This document shows positions 26,058-38,530 of a stretch of DNA of 64,000 nt, piece after piece (positions within the stretch are counted from its first letter, which is position 1; each line of letters begins with the position of its first letter). A model generated the notes under the pieces. The model was not told the DNA's origin. It worked only from the letters and a program-made list of their open reading frames with translations, and made no database searches. The DNA is from Mytilus trossulus (Eukaryota): contig NC_086382.1 in NCBI RefSeq assembly GCF_036588685.1, positions 57,722,001 through 57,786,000 on the forward strand, in the 5' to 3' direction. A program made the position numbers and the translations under genes.

Positions 26058-26203
26058 AAAGTTTAATAGCAAAATTTAAGATAGAAGAGATGATTTTTCA
26101 TTTTCCTATTGTTAATTATCCATTTTTAGATGATGATGTTCCCCTGTTACCATTTTATTGTGTTTATATATCTTGTGTATGTAAAAATGTATTTGATTTT
26201 AAC
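26058..26203 (+). mobile_element. Penelope-like RT fragment (intronic, antisense to gene)
   Basis: Frameshifted DRRDDFS-FPIVNYPFLDDDVPLLPFYCVYIS, resembling the YDKRDDF.F.IVNfPfl..dvp..psYGVYiSQL region of Penelope-like RTs. Confidence 0.7.
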
Positions 26204-26228
26204 CAAATAAACAAAAAAGCAAACCCAC

Positions 26229-26375
26229 CTTAGCCTGGAGTTCATTGTGTGCCTGGTACAATAATCTGTATTGTTTTTGTAGAGAACTCAGCTCTTGTTC
26301 TCGCCCCCTTAGAGCCTGTGAAAAGTTACCAAGCTGTTTGTTCAGATGACTTCTGTCCTCTGCTAACTGGCTCAC
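26229..26375 (-). CDS. GOLGB1: Giantin-like golgin exon (49 codons, phase 0-0)
   Basis: Acceptor ttttacag|GTG, donor AAG|gtgggt; VSQLAEDRSHLNKQLGNFSQALRGREQELSSLQKQYRLLYQAHNELQAK. Confidence 0.88.
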
Positions 26376-26786
26376 CTGTAAAAATTGAAATGCACATAGC
26401 TTATTCTGGCATGTAAATAGGCTGCAAGAAGTTTCCCTCATAATATAAATTTATTGCTATTTTACGAAATTTCTTTGATCTTACTGACGGATAATTTCCT
26501 TTCTCAGCACAGTAATGTGATATGAAAAATTAAAAAGTTATGGCGCACATGCCATTGTCAATGTAAACATCAAGGGCGTCATACTAGGCAAAATAGTGAC
26601 AGATATATTATTATTGGTCATCTCAACTTGATTGCTTTTCTCATTTCCTACTCTCAATCATTTTTAATAACTACAATAAGTTTACATTTTATGTTTATAG
26701 AAAATTTGAAACAATAAAAGACCACCGCCCCCCTCCCCCACAAAAAAAAAGCAACAAACAAACATAGCAATTGACAATTTACACAC

Positions 26787-29700
26787 CTGTCTTGCAAGCT
26801 GTTGACACCTGGCTTCTCTCTGTTGTAATCTATGGTTTAACTGGTTACTTTCTGTTTGTGCCTGATTCTTCTGTCCCATAGCCACATTAAACTGTTTCTG
26901 TAACTGGTCATAATCTGCCTGAAACCTACTCGTCTGTTTTCCATCCTCATTGGACAGATTTAATTGGGATTGTAGGGAATTTTTATCAAACACTAACTGT
27001 TGTAATTCTCCCTCAACTTTTAGTAATTCCTGATTCACTTGAACGTTTTGATCAGAGTTTGTTTCTATTTGTTTTTCAAGATCTAGAATATGTTTGATCA
27101 GTCTGTCTTTTTCTCTTTCAAAATGGTCTCTTTCTTCTTTGATGATTAAAACATCTTTTTGAGACTCGCCTTGTTTTAACAGTCTTTGATGAAGTTCTTC
27201 TATTTGCTTTGCCATATTTGAATTGTCATTAATGATCTTACTATATTCTGCATTCATACTATTTAAATCAGTTTGTAATTTATCAAACATTGCACTTTTT
27301 TCATCTAACAATTGTTTTAACTTTTCATTCTCTTGTTTCATCATGCCACTTTCTCTTGAACTAGAATCTGGAGATTTTCCAACGTTTCGTACCTGTTCAC
27401 GTTTAATATTTTCATCAACCTCCACAACTTGTTTCACATCTAAATTATTCAGGAGAGAACTTATCTCTAAATTCTTTTCCTTAATTTCATTTTTCAAATT
27501 ATCAACATTTTTCACAGCCTCAGAATATTTTTCTCCCATTTCTTGGAATTCTTTCTGAAGTGAATCAAACATTTTGACCTTCATTTCTTGTGGACTTGTC
27601 CTTGACCTTAACCTTTCATTCTCTGACATCAATTCATTCAGTTCTTCATTGATGATATCTAATTGTTCTCTCAATCCTTCAACTTCTGAGTTATCAGCTT
27701 GAGTGCTTTCAGCAGCTTGCTTGATAAGATTACTATTTTCTTTCTCTAGATTTTCAAATTTCTTGTTCTGTTCTTCAAACTCACTTTGTAACTTGTCAAA
27801 CATTTGTAGTTTCATTTTATCAGGGCCAGCACCTTGTTTTAGATTCTCATTTTCGGACATTAATTCATTTAGTTCCTCGTTGATCATTTGAAGCTGCTCC
27901 TCCAAATCCGTGACCTTGGAGTCATTAGCTGCCACTTGAGGTCTATCAGAATCTTTAGATTTTTCTTGTTCCACAGTTTTAAGTTTTTCATTCTCTTCCA
28001 TTGCAGTACTGTATTTCTCAGCAAGGTCAGAAAATTGTTTTTGTAATGTATCATACATTTGTTCTTTCATTGCTGAAGGGTTAGATTTCAACCTTTCATT
28101 CTCAGACATGACTTCATTGAGCTCTTCATTTATAAGTTCCAATTGTTCTTCAAGGTCAGTCACATGATCATCTGAAGAAGAGGCTGTTTTTCCTTGTTTC
28201 AAATTTTCCAATTCTGCTTCTTTGGTTTTCAGTGATACCTTAGTTTGGTCTAGATCCTCTTTCATTTTTTTCCAATGTTCCTCACTGATACCAGATTTGT
28301 GTTCCTTCCTTGTACTTTCTAGCTCTAACCTAAGATCTTCAATCTCTTCTTCTAGTGATGACATTTCCTGAAGTTTCCAGTCCAGTCCTTCTCTTTCAAC
28401 TTGTTGTTGCTTACACAATGTTCGTAACTTTTCAACTTCCTTTTTCAAATCATCAACATTATCAGCTCCTTGAGCATTTTTAAATTCAGTCTTCAAGTTT
28501 TCTACTTTCTCTTTTGAGTCTTTCTTTTCATTGATCAGATCTTCCCTTAGACCGTCCATTTCTTCCATTATTTGTTCATGTTCTGATTCAAGTTCAGAGA
28601 TTCTAGTTTTTAAAACAGCTAACTGATTATTTTCTTTTTCTAATTCAGATATCTTGTTTCTCAAATCATTGACATCTCCACCCCCACCTTGCATTTGTTT
28701 GATTTTATGAAAATGTTCCTCTTTTTCTCGATTTAATGTTTGTTTTAGATTAGCAACAATTTCCCTGTAGCTTTTACACTCAGATTCGAGTTCATCACAC
28801 AACGATTGATTTTCCCTTACTTGTCTCTCATTTTCACTTTTACTTCGTTCCAAGATTTCAATTTCTGATCGTAATATTTCAGTTTCTACATGGAGTGTTT
28901 CTTTTTCTTTCAATCCTTGGTTCAAAGATTCTGATAATTTAGAATTCTCCTGTTTTAATATTTGACAATCATCAGATAATTTCAGATTTTGAGATTTTAA
29001 CTCTATTAATTGAGAACTTTCCGTTTCAATTTGCTGAAGCAATACTTCGATACGACTTTTATATTTTGTTTCATTTTCTAACACATGTGTATTCAATTTT
29101 TCATTCTTCAATTTTTCTGTGTCTAAAGATTGTATCACTTCCTCTTTTTCTCTTTTAACATTTTTTAATTCCAGTTCATATTTTTCTATTTCTTCTTTCA
29201 AAGCTTTGGTTGATGTCTCTGCATTAACATGGCCACTTTCCAAATTTGTAGTGGTCTCAGCAAGTTTTTCTTTAGTCTGATCTAGTTCAGTTTGTAAAGC
29301 CTGATTTTTAGCCTTGAATGCTTTAAGTTTAGTCAACATCTTCTCACATTTTGTCTCATTTACTGACACTTTCTCATGTAATGTTTTTATTTCATCTTTC
29401 AGAGCCTGAATTTCATGATTTTCTTCAGGGGCTGCTTGCCTAAGAGGCACAACTTGTACTTTTTCGATAGCATCACCCCAACCCTCCTGTACTTGAGAAT
29501 CTAAACCATATTCTGTTGCTGACTCTGTAAGTGGATCAATGGCTACCTTTTCTATTGTATCTCCCCATCCCATGTCTGTAACATGAGCTACATCTTTATC
29601 CATTTTCTCAGTTACTTCTTCTTTTCTTTCATTTATCATGCTATATTTAGATTCTAGTTCATTTTTTTCTTGACTAAGAATATTACATTTCTCTGTCAGT

Positions 29701-31520
29701 TCAACAATACCTTGCTTTAAATTTTCAACATCTGTTTCCAAATCATGAATTTTTTGTTGAGATTTATCCAGTTCACTATTTAATTCTAATTTTACTTGAG
29801 AATCTGTGGCTGAATTTAAAGTTAATGTTTCACATGTACTTTCTAGTTCTTGTAGTCTCTGAAGAGCTTCAGTTTTATTTTCTACTTCTCCTTTCAGATT
29901 AAGAATTTGTTCATTTGCCTGAGATAGTTTTTCCTCTAACTCCTCTCTAGCACTCTCTTTAGTTGATAATTCTGACCTACTAAGATCTAGTTCTTCTTTA
30001 TTACTATTAACCTCTGTTTGTAAATGTTCATTTTGTGCTGTAACTTCACTTAATTTTGCTTGCAGTTTCTGACATTGCTGTACAAGTTCGCTCATAGCTG
30101 TCTCAGAGTCTTTGTTGTTACCTGTTACTGCAGAAAACGATAACTCCAAATCTTGCTTTTCTGTAGTTAGTCTGTCAACACATAATTTAAGTTCAAGATT
30201 TTCCTCTGAAATCTTTTCAAGAGTCAGTGATAACTGGTCCTTTTCTTTAGAAATATTTTCTGTAGACTGTTTAAGTTCTTCAATATGTTTTGAAAGTGTT
30301 TCTTTTTCACTCATAAGATTACTGTTTCCTTCAGCTAAAATTGCAATTTGTTCTTGTAAAGATAAATTCTCTGATTTTAAATTTTCACTATCTGTGACCT
30401 GATTGGTTAATTCCAAAATTTCATTCCTCAGTGTTTCATTTTTTGCTGTCAGTTCATTTAATTCAGATTCTTTAGATTCAATTGTATTTTGAATCATTGT
30501 TATCTGGTCAGAAAACTGACTTTGCAGTAACTGTTTTTCTTCTGTTTGATTGGCTAATTTAATTTCAATATCTTTCATACTTTCCTTATACTGATGATCT
30601 AGTTGTGAGATATTCTCTTGCAGAGACTGATTTTCTTTTATTTGATTGGTTAATTTGGTTTCATAAAAACTTTGCAAGTCTTCAACTTTCTTTTCAATTT
30701 CATCACCTAAAGTCTCTTCACTATTCTCTAGTTTTTGTTTTAGGACACTTATTTCCTGTTCTGATGTTCCGATAACATCTTTTATAATTTCAGAAACTTG
30801 ATTCAGATTTTGGAAATCTATATGATGTAATTGAGGTGTGAGCAGTTTGAGACTGTGAGCAAATTGAGATAAATTTTCTTCATGGAATGCTAACTGATTT
30901 GATAAATCTACAATCTTTGAAGCTGTTTGTTCAAGATTTTTCTGAAGACTTTGCTTTTCTTCTTCAAGTTGCCCTTTTTCTATTTCCCCTTGTTTAACAT
31001 CATTCTGCAGCTGTTCCACTGATGACGTCTGCTTTCTGACTTCCTGTTGAAGAGATTGTATCAGTTCTTCAAAATTTCCTACTCTTTCTTCCATTTCTTT
31101 AACATAACTTTCTTTTTCTTCAGTTATTTTTTCTAACTCTAAAATTTTTGTTGATAATTTTTCAATTTCTGATTGTTTTTCTTGAAGTTCCTGTTTTTCC
31201 TCTTGAGCATCCAACTGAGATTTTTCTAAAGAGCTATTTATAGCAACATGATCATTTGAAAGTTGTTCATATTTTTGTGACAATTCTGACAATTGATTTT
31301 CTAATTCTGATTTTGTTTCTTCTAATACTGTTGAAGATTCAAATAATGTTTTGAACTTTTCTTTGATTTCTGCATATTGATGTTCTTTTGTTGATAATTG
31401 ATTAGATAATGTTTCTATTTCAGATGATTTCTGTTCAAGGAGTTCTTTGACTTCCAATAACTCTGCCTGTTTGCTTTCAAGTTCTTTTGATTTTGTCTGA
31501 CTATCCTCTTCTTCATGACC
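26787..31520 (-). CDS. GOLGB1: Giantin-like golgin large exon (4,734 nt, 1,578 codons, phase 0-0)
   Basis: ORF 26682..31457 extended to acceptor ttattcag|GGT; donor CAG|gtgtgt after EARCQQLARQ. Confidence 0.88.
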
Positions 31521-32214
31521 CTGAATAAGAAAATAATATTAAATACGTTTCTTTACATTTAATAAAAGAATAATTTATTACAATATATTACATTCTTTTT
31601 TTCAATATAATATGTTATTTTGATTGGCTATTAGCTAGCAATCTTGTGTTTTTCTGAAATTAACCTTCATTTTCATGATCACAGCAAACAATGTAGTTAT
31701 AATCATTGAATGCTTCTTTTAGTAATTTTATAGGGTTGTAAAAGTGTTGACTGTGCACACATCTTTAGAAAATGAACATGGGGAAGCTTTTACAATCCAA
31801 TAATTTAACAAAAAATTACAAATAATTATAAAATGAAGTATACTTGAAAATAATGGTAATCTAAATTTTTGTTTTGTTTTTAGGTCTGACATAAATATGC
31901 AAATAACTGTTTTATTTTTAAATGTTTAATGTCAAACAATTTACTTTACAGGGAAAAAATTAATGAAGAACAATGTTGAATAAGTTCATTATTCCCGAGG
32001 GAAGAGTAGCATCTCAAGCCCATGCAATTCTTTATAACATGTGAGAAAAATTTTAAAATTGGATTGACATATAATTGATATTTTCTGGTCACAGAGTTCT
32101 TTTTATCATGATTATACTGAAGTTTAATATGATTTAACAACTGTTTCCATCATAATCTAAATAACTGCTGTAAAGAGCCACCAAGTTTTCAGTATAATTC
32201 AAAATATTACAAAC

Positions 32215-33120
32215 CTCAGCTTTAGCAGCTTCTTCCTTCTCTTTGATTGTTTTCTGTAATTGGAACTTCAATTTCTTAGCAGTAGCAAGTGCTTTCTTAA
32301 ACTGAAGTTCTTTATCATCAAATGCTTTCTTCATTTCTGCAAGTGCTTCCTCTTTCTCTGAGAGTGACTGTTTGATTTCACTTATTTCTGTCTCCCTGGT
32401 CGTAATTGTAGCTGTCAGAGATTCGTTTGCATCAGCCAAGGGAGATAATGTTTCCTCTTCTTCCTGAAGATTTTCAACCAATGATATGATTTTCTGGTCT
32501 TTTTCTGAGACAGTATGTTTTAGTTTTTCTATCGACGTTTGTAACTCTAAAATTGATGAATCCTTTTCTGATAAAGACTGATTAGCATCTTCTAAGGTTG
32601 TTAACTCTTCATCTTTCTCTGTTATGACATCCTTTAAATTATCAATTAACCCTTGCATTTCGTTGATTTTCTCTTCTTTTTCATTTGAAGCCTGAATTAA
32701 ATTTTCTACTATTTTTTTCTGTTCATCAAGGCTAAGCTGTAGTTCTTCAGATAATTGCTCATATTTCAGTCTCTGCTCACCTAGTTCTTTAAGATTTTTC
32801 TCATATTTTTGAATAGTTTCATCTTTTTCAGCTGCGTTTTCATTAAATGTTTCTATCATTTTCCTTTGTTCCTCTACAGTGATTTCCAGTCTTTCTGACA
32901 AGCTTTCATATTTGCATTTCTCTTGTGTTATTTCTGATACCTCATTTCTATATTCATTAATTGTCTTTTTATGTTCGTCCTGTTGAGTAAGTAACTGCCT
33001 CTGAAGATTTTCGATTTCCTGCTTAGAGAGAACACATTCCTCTTTTAGATCTTGAATCTGACTGGTTAACATTGTAATGTCAAGTTTTAGGTTTTCTCTA
33101 TCATTTTTACTGAAACCATT
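32215..33120 (-). CDS. GOLGB1: Giantin-like golgin exon (302 codons, phase 0-0)
   Basis: ORF 32134..33072 extended to acceptor ttttttcag|AAT; donor GAG|gtttgt; contains KKALATAKKLKFQLQK. Confidence 0.88.
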
Positions 33121-33597
33121 CTGAAAAAAAGAATCAAACAGATAAATAATTTGATATATAATGTATATACATATAAACTTTTGCCATCATGACCATCAAA
33201 TAATCTTCAACATTTGTATACAAGTTTTTGTTGTTCAAATATTTTGGCCTTTAAAATATATTTAAGCATCCCAATTGCAGGTGATTGTTACAATTTTACC
33301 TCTTTTTAATTAATTTAATAAATGTCATGCTTTCTTGTTGTTTCATTTTCAACCAAAATATATGTTTAACTTTTTGATTATGTATATCATTGCAGTAAGT
33401 TTTTATTGGGCGGAGGGAGTCCATGCACAACTGACTTTGACTGTCCTTGCAAAGAAATAGAAATGTCTTCATGCCTTGAAGGTATTCATCATATTGTGAG
33501 TTCAATTGTGTCTTATAACTTAAAAGTGCCTTTAATGGTATTTGTTTTATACATCAATTAAAAGCCTAGTTGACAATTTACAGCAGATTTCAGTCGG

Positions 33598-34640
33598 TAC
33601 GGTGTTTATTAATCTCAACTTGTACAATTCGTTCGTGTATGTAACAATGTTTTAGATTTTAACGAGAGAAATTTATGTATAACTGAAAAATTATTACACC
33701 AGGGTTTTCGATATCACAAACTAGTCAAAACATTTACTAAATTTTATCATCGGTATAAAGACATTATTCATAAATATAGCTCAACATGCAGACTTTTAAT
33801 ACGTTCAGGTATTTCACATCCAATTTTTTATGGAAATATTCTTTATAAAGCAAAGGTGTCAGTATTCACCTCAGAAACTTACAAAACCTTTGAATAGACT
33901 TATTAAGAAGGGATATAATTACGATACTGTTGTCAAGTAATTAAAGATTGCATATTTTGGCGTTAATATTGAGTCACTGATAAGGTCTTTGCATCAGAAC
34001 TAAACACATTTATTCTAAAAACAGTTGTTGGCATGACACGGGTGATGTTCTTCTCATATATGTTATGATGATATGATAATAAACCCCTAACGGGAAGGAT
34101 TGTGCCTGATGTTCATATGATGAAATCATAATCTTTCAGTCAGTTTAATTGAAGTCTGGAGCTGGCATGTCAGTTAACTGCTAGTAATCTGTTGTTATTT
34201 ATGTATTATTGTCTTTTTGTTTATTTTCTTTGGTTACATCTTCTGACATCAGACTCGGACTTCTCTTGTACTGAATTTTAATGTGCATATTGTTATGCGT
34301 TTACTTTTCTACATTGGTTAGAGGTATAGGGGGAGGGTTGAGATCTCACAAACATGTTTAACCCCGCCTCATTTTTGCGCCTGTCCCAAGTCAGGAGCCT
34401 CTGGCCTTTGTAAGTCTTGTATTATTTTAATTTTAGTTTCTTGTGTACAATTTGGAAATTAGTATGGGGTTCATTATCACTGGACTAGTATATATTTGTT
34501 TAGGGGCCAGCTGAAGGACGCCTCTGGGTGCAGGAATTTCTTGCTACATTGAAGACCTGTTGGTGACCTTCTGCTGTTGTTTTTTATTTGGTTGGGTTGT
34601 TGTCTCTTTGACACATTCCCCATTTCCATTCTCAATTTTA
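33598..34640 (+). mobile_element. 5'-truncated Penelope-like retroelement (RT C-terminus plus 3' tail), intronic
   Basis: YGVY*SQLVQFVRVCNNVLDFNERNLCITEKLLHQGFRYHKLVKTFTKFYHRYKDIIHKY...GISHPIFYGNILYKA, then a non-coding tail matching 14992-15328. Confidence 0.8.
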
Positions 34641-34644
34641 ATGT

Positions 34645-34832
34645 GTAATATCTTTGGTTAGCTGAACCATGAAGTCATTGTAAGGTTAGGTAAACTACCC
34701 TCCTTTAATAGTAGGCTAGCCCAATAGATCCATCTCTCTGTGGGACTAAGCTACTTTAAAAGGAGGGTAGTATACCTTACCTAACAATGACTTCACGGTT
34801 CAGCTAACAAGCAAACTAACCAAAGATGTTAC
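34645..34832. mobile_element. Foldback (long hairpin) MITE-like element
   Basis: gttagctgaaccatgaagtcattgtaaggttaggtaaactaccctcctttaa pairs with ttaaaaggagggtagtataccttacctaacaatgacttcacggttcagctaac; outer gtaatatctttggttag / ctaaccaaagatgttac. Confidence 0.8.
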
Positions 34833-34913
34833 CATTAGCTACATACTGACTGAAATCTGCTGTAATCATTTATAATACCTAAGAAACATGCATAAACAAA
34901 TCAAGTACATTAC

Positions 34914-34977
34914 CTCAGCAGCAGACTGTAGTGTTTGGACCTTTTCTACCATTACAGCTTCTTCTATAAATGGAACT
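34914..34977 (-). CDS. GOLGB1: Giantin-like golgin small exon (64 nt, phase 2-0)
   Basis: Acceptor tattgcag|A, donor GAG|gtaatg; encodes VPFIEEAVMVEKVQTLQSAAE; restores frame together with 36478-36563. Confidence 0.78.
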
Positions 34978-36477
34978 CTGCAATATTCAAAACATGCTTT
35001 AGTTATGACTATAAAAAAAACACTACAGATGAATCGCACACAAATCATTGTATACATGTACTTAAATTATTAACCAGCTTGATAATAAATGATAATGGAT
35101 GAGTACAAATATCCAGTGGCATTAATTCCTACATACATACCAAGTAGTGAGCATGATTTGAAATTGATCCATGTCTTATGCTAGACCAACCTTTTAAGTC
35201 AGAAATGTGTACTCGCTGCATTTGTTTGTACCTGTCCTAAGTTAGGAACCTTATGTTCAGTGGTTGTTGTTTGTTGATGTGGTTCATAAGTGTTTCTCTT
35301 TTCCCCTTTATTATATAAATTAGAATGTTGGTTTTACGATTTGAATAGTTTTACACATGTAATTTTTGGGGCCTTTCATAGCTAACGGTTTAATGTGAGC
35401 CAAGACTCTATAGTGAAGACTGTACTATGTCCTAATATGGTTTACTTTTACAAATTGTGACTTGGACTCATACCACATCTTCTTATATCTATTCAAAAGG
35501 TAACAGTCTGCATTAAACAACTCATCCCACCAACACAAATAATTCTGACTCTGAGCCAATCAGTTTTTGCTCTCTCATGCCACATGCTTATCTAGAAGAA
35601 GCAGCAATCCCCAATTTTAAGTTGTTTGACACAGCAGTGGATTCAACCAAGTATATCATGTACTCCATGCTAGCATGCTGCTATTTGACAACCAAGGTGG
35701 TTCAGACAAAAAGGATTGATCTCCTGATCTCCTTGTAATTGGCTTCAATATATATGATTTTTGAAGAAAAAAAAATCAAGAATAAGCAACAATAAATCAT
35801 CATACCCTGCTTGCACAATCTCTTCTATCTTCAGTAAACCTTAAAATCTTTGCAAAGTAACCCTTATTTGAATATATTAAACAGTTCACCTAATATCAAC
35901 ATTTGTAATAAATTTCAAGCTGATATGACCACAAACTACTTTGAAACAAAAGTATGAACAGACACACAAACTAGAAAGCATAATGCCCTATTATACAAGA
36001 CAAAATATGAGGAGTGTTCCAAAAGAAATCAAAATACTTTACAAAACATCAAGTCAAACATCCTGACAAAAAATATTGAAATTAAGAAATACAACTTGCA
36101 TACTATAGAAGTAAGCCCACGTATGTAATTACTTGGCTTTCTTTCTTTCTTTTCCTTTTTGTTTAATGTGTTTTAATTTGTAACTATGCTGATTTCCCCC
36201 TTGATACCTCATCTTAGATTATTATTCTTAGGGATATACCTGCCAATTTGAAGGTATACCTATGAAAGACCAGTCCTTTACAAAAGTAGTACTAGTTAGA
36301 TAAACATAGATTCTGACATGTCTAAGCTTTCAGTTTGGTGTAAGCCAAGGCTCTGTGTTGAACACCTTACTTTGACCTAAAATGGTTTTCTTTTATAAAT
36401 TATAACTTGGATGGAGAGTTGTCTCAAAGGCACTCATACCACATCTTCTTATATCTATTGACTGACAAAACTCTTAC

Positions 36478-36563
36478 TTCTGAATCTTTGGATCTGTATT
36501 ACCATCCACCTCTTCTACATTCTCTCTATGACCACCTTGTACAATGTCTGCCATCTGTTGGAT
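36478..36563 (-). CDS. GOLGB1: Giantin-like golgin small exon (86 nt, phase 0-2), not in ORF track
   Basis: Acceptor tattgtag|ATC, donor AA|gtaaga; encodes IQQMADIVQGGHRENVEEVDGNTDPKIQ(K); phase matches the next exon. Confidence 0.78.
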
Positions 36564-38530
36564 CTACAATATACCACACATGTGTCATTTTATATGTTTA
36601 GTAACATATGTGTTTATATATATAAAAATCAATAATTAATAGATATTTAAAAATAATAAATGTACATTACAATTGAATTTGAAGAAATTTTAATCCAAAT
36701 TAATGTTTTTTCTTGACAAATATGTTTAAAATTGTTTAAAATTGAAGATCAAATGAGAAAAAAAATAAATACAATAAAGCTTGGGAAATGCTGGAAAAAT
36801 TAAGCTACATCAAATTCTACAGTAAATTTACAACACCTAAAATTCAATCAGTCATATACAGAAGACAGTCGAGAGGAAGTCAGTGCATGTTCAAAAACTT
36901 TGATGGATCTATGTACTTTAAAATTTGATACAAGATAATGCCTCAGGGATTCTTGTTTAGGAATACATGTTAATACACATGTTTAATGTGTTTTCATTCC
37001 CAAGCATGCATCAACTGTCAATTTATAAAAATAATACTGGTACAGATTGCCATGATCAGCAATCATAGCTAATATATTACAATATGTTGAGAATTTAAAG
37101 ACATTCTATAGATCTCTAAATTCTGTTTAGATTAAAAGTCTCTAACTGAAAGTGATTTTGTGATACAATTTCTATTTCCTTGAAGCAATGGCAATACTAT
37201 TTCCTTAAAGCAATGACAACATAAATGTGTTTTCCATTAAAACCAACATAGACTTCTATCCTAAGCATAAAGCAAGAAAGTTCTGTCTTTTTTCAATACA
37301 CTTAAAATATTTAATAAAATGTTGAATTTCAAAACATTTTCTAAATAAATTGTAACCACTTACTCCCAAATCAAATGACTTACTGAAATTGTATAATAAA
37401 GCCAACAAAATGTTTCTATATTCCCCACTTAAAGATATAATAACCACTTGTACCGATGACTCTGGCCTTGATAAGATAAGAACCATTCACTTTACAATGG
37501 TACTACATATAATTGTGTATAATTTAAGTGTAGGTTTGTATATATGTATAGTAAAACCAAGCATGCAGTTATCACAAGCCAACAAAATCATGCTAATTAC
37601 ACAAGCTAAATATGTGTACAAAAGTATATGAGAGGGTATGTTTAATAGTGATTATATTTTTCAGTAACTATTTATTAGATATAATTCAGGTAAATTAAAT
37701 GCATTTTTAACTTTCCGGGACACTTATTGTTTTAATATATAGCAATGCATCTACATTGATAGTCTATTTGCAGACTATTTTTTAAAGGCAAATAAAACTT
37801 CCTAAAAATTTAAAATAAATTGTAATGTCTGTTAAATATTACATATCACTAAAGATTACTACACTATTTTTATTGCAGCGAACAGTAAGATGGTGTAACT
37901 AAAAGAAAAGACTGCAAACAAAAATCAAAACTAGCTCACTAAAACTTGGAATTGACAATCACAATAGATTTGTGTAAATATAAAAAAGACTTAATCTAAC
38001 GAATTTTATTAGCAATTAGCACTTTTAAACTGCACCAACACACAAATCAATGTCTTTTATCTATTGCAGAACGCTAACAAATACAAATTTGATCATAAAT
38101 TTATCAAGTTATTCAATAAAGCAGAAAAAAAGTAACAAATTCAAAATGAAAATAAGAATTTTCTTTAAAAGAACACTTAAAACATTGATTTGTGATGATA
38201 TGAGTGTAACCAATATGCTCCAAAATGTGCTTTGGGTACACAAAAGTTATAATACATGTACATGACATTGAAAGGTATTCTATTAATTAACTATAAATCA
38301 TCTTTCAAAACACTTGTTCAGTCCATTTATTTTTCGCAACTTAAATTAAACACATTTATGGGGACCCTTTGAAAAGTCGCTGTACATATACTCCACTAAA
38401 AAGGAGAATTTTAGTAAGTTTTGTGTACCCTGTGTTTATCCAATTATGTGATATATCAAACATTAGTACCTACACACAATATATACACACTAGCTATAAG
38501 TATTGAACTGAGTATGCATTTTTTTCTTAC

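Noticed and set aside
26682-26786. Hydrophobic read-through tail after the 1,578-codon exon
   Set aside because: Derived from T and G homopolymer runs typical of intron sequence, and the canonical downstream exon fits in frame.
35806-35840. Micro-exon ending at a GG|gtatga donor
   Set aside because: No convincing acceptor giving a frame-compatible exon.
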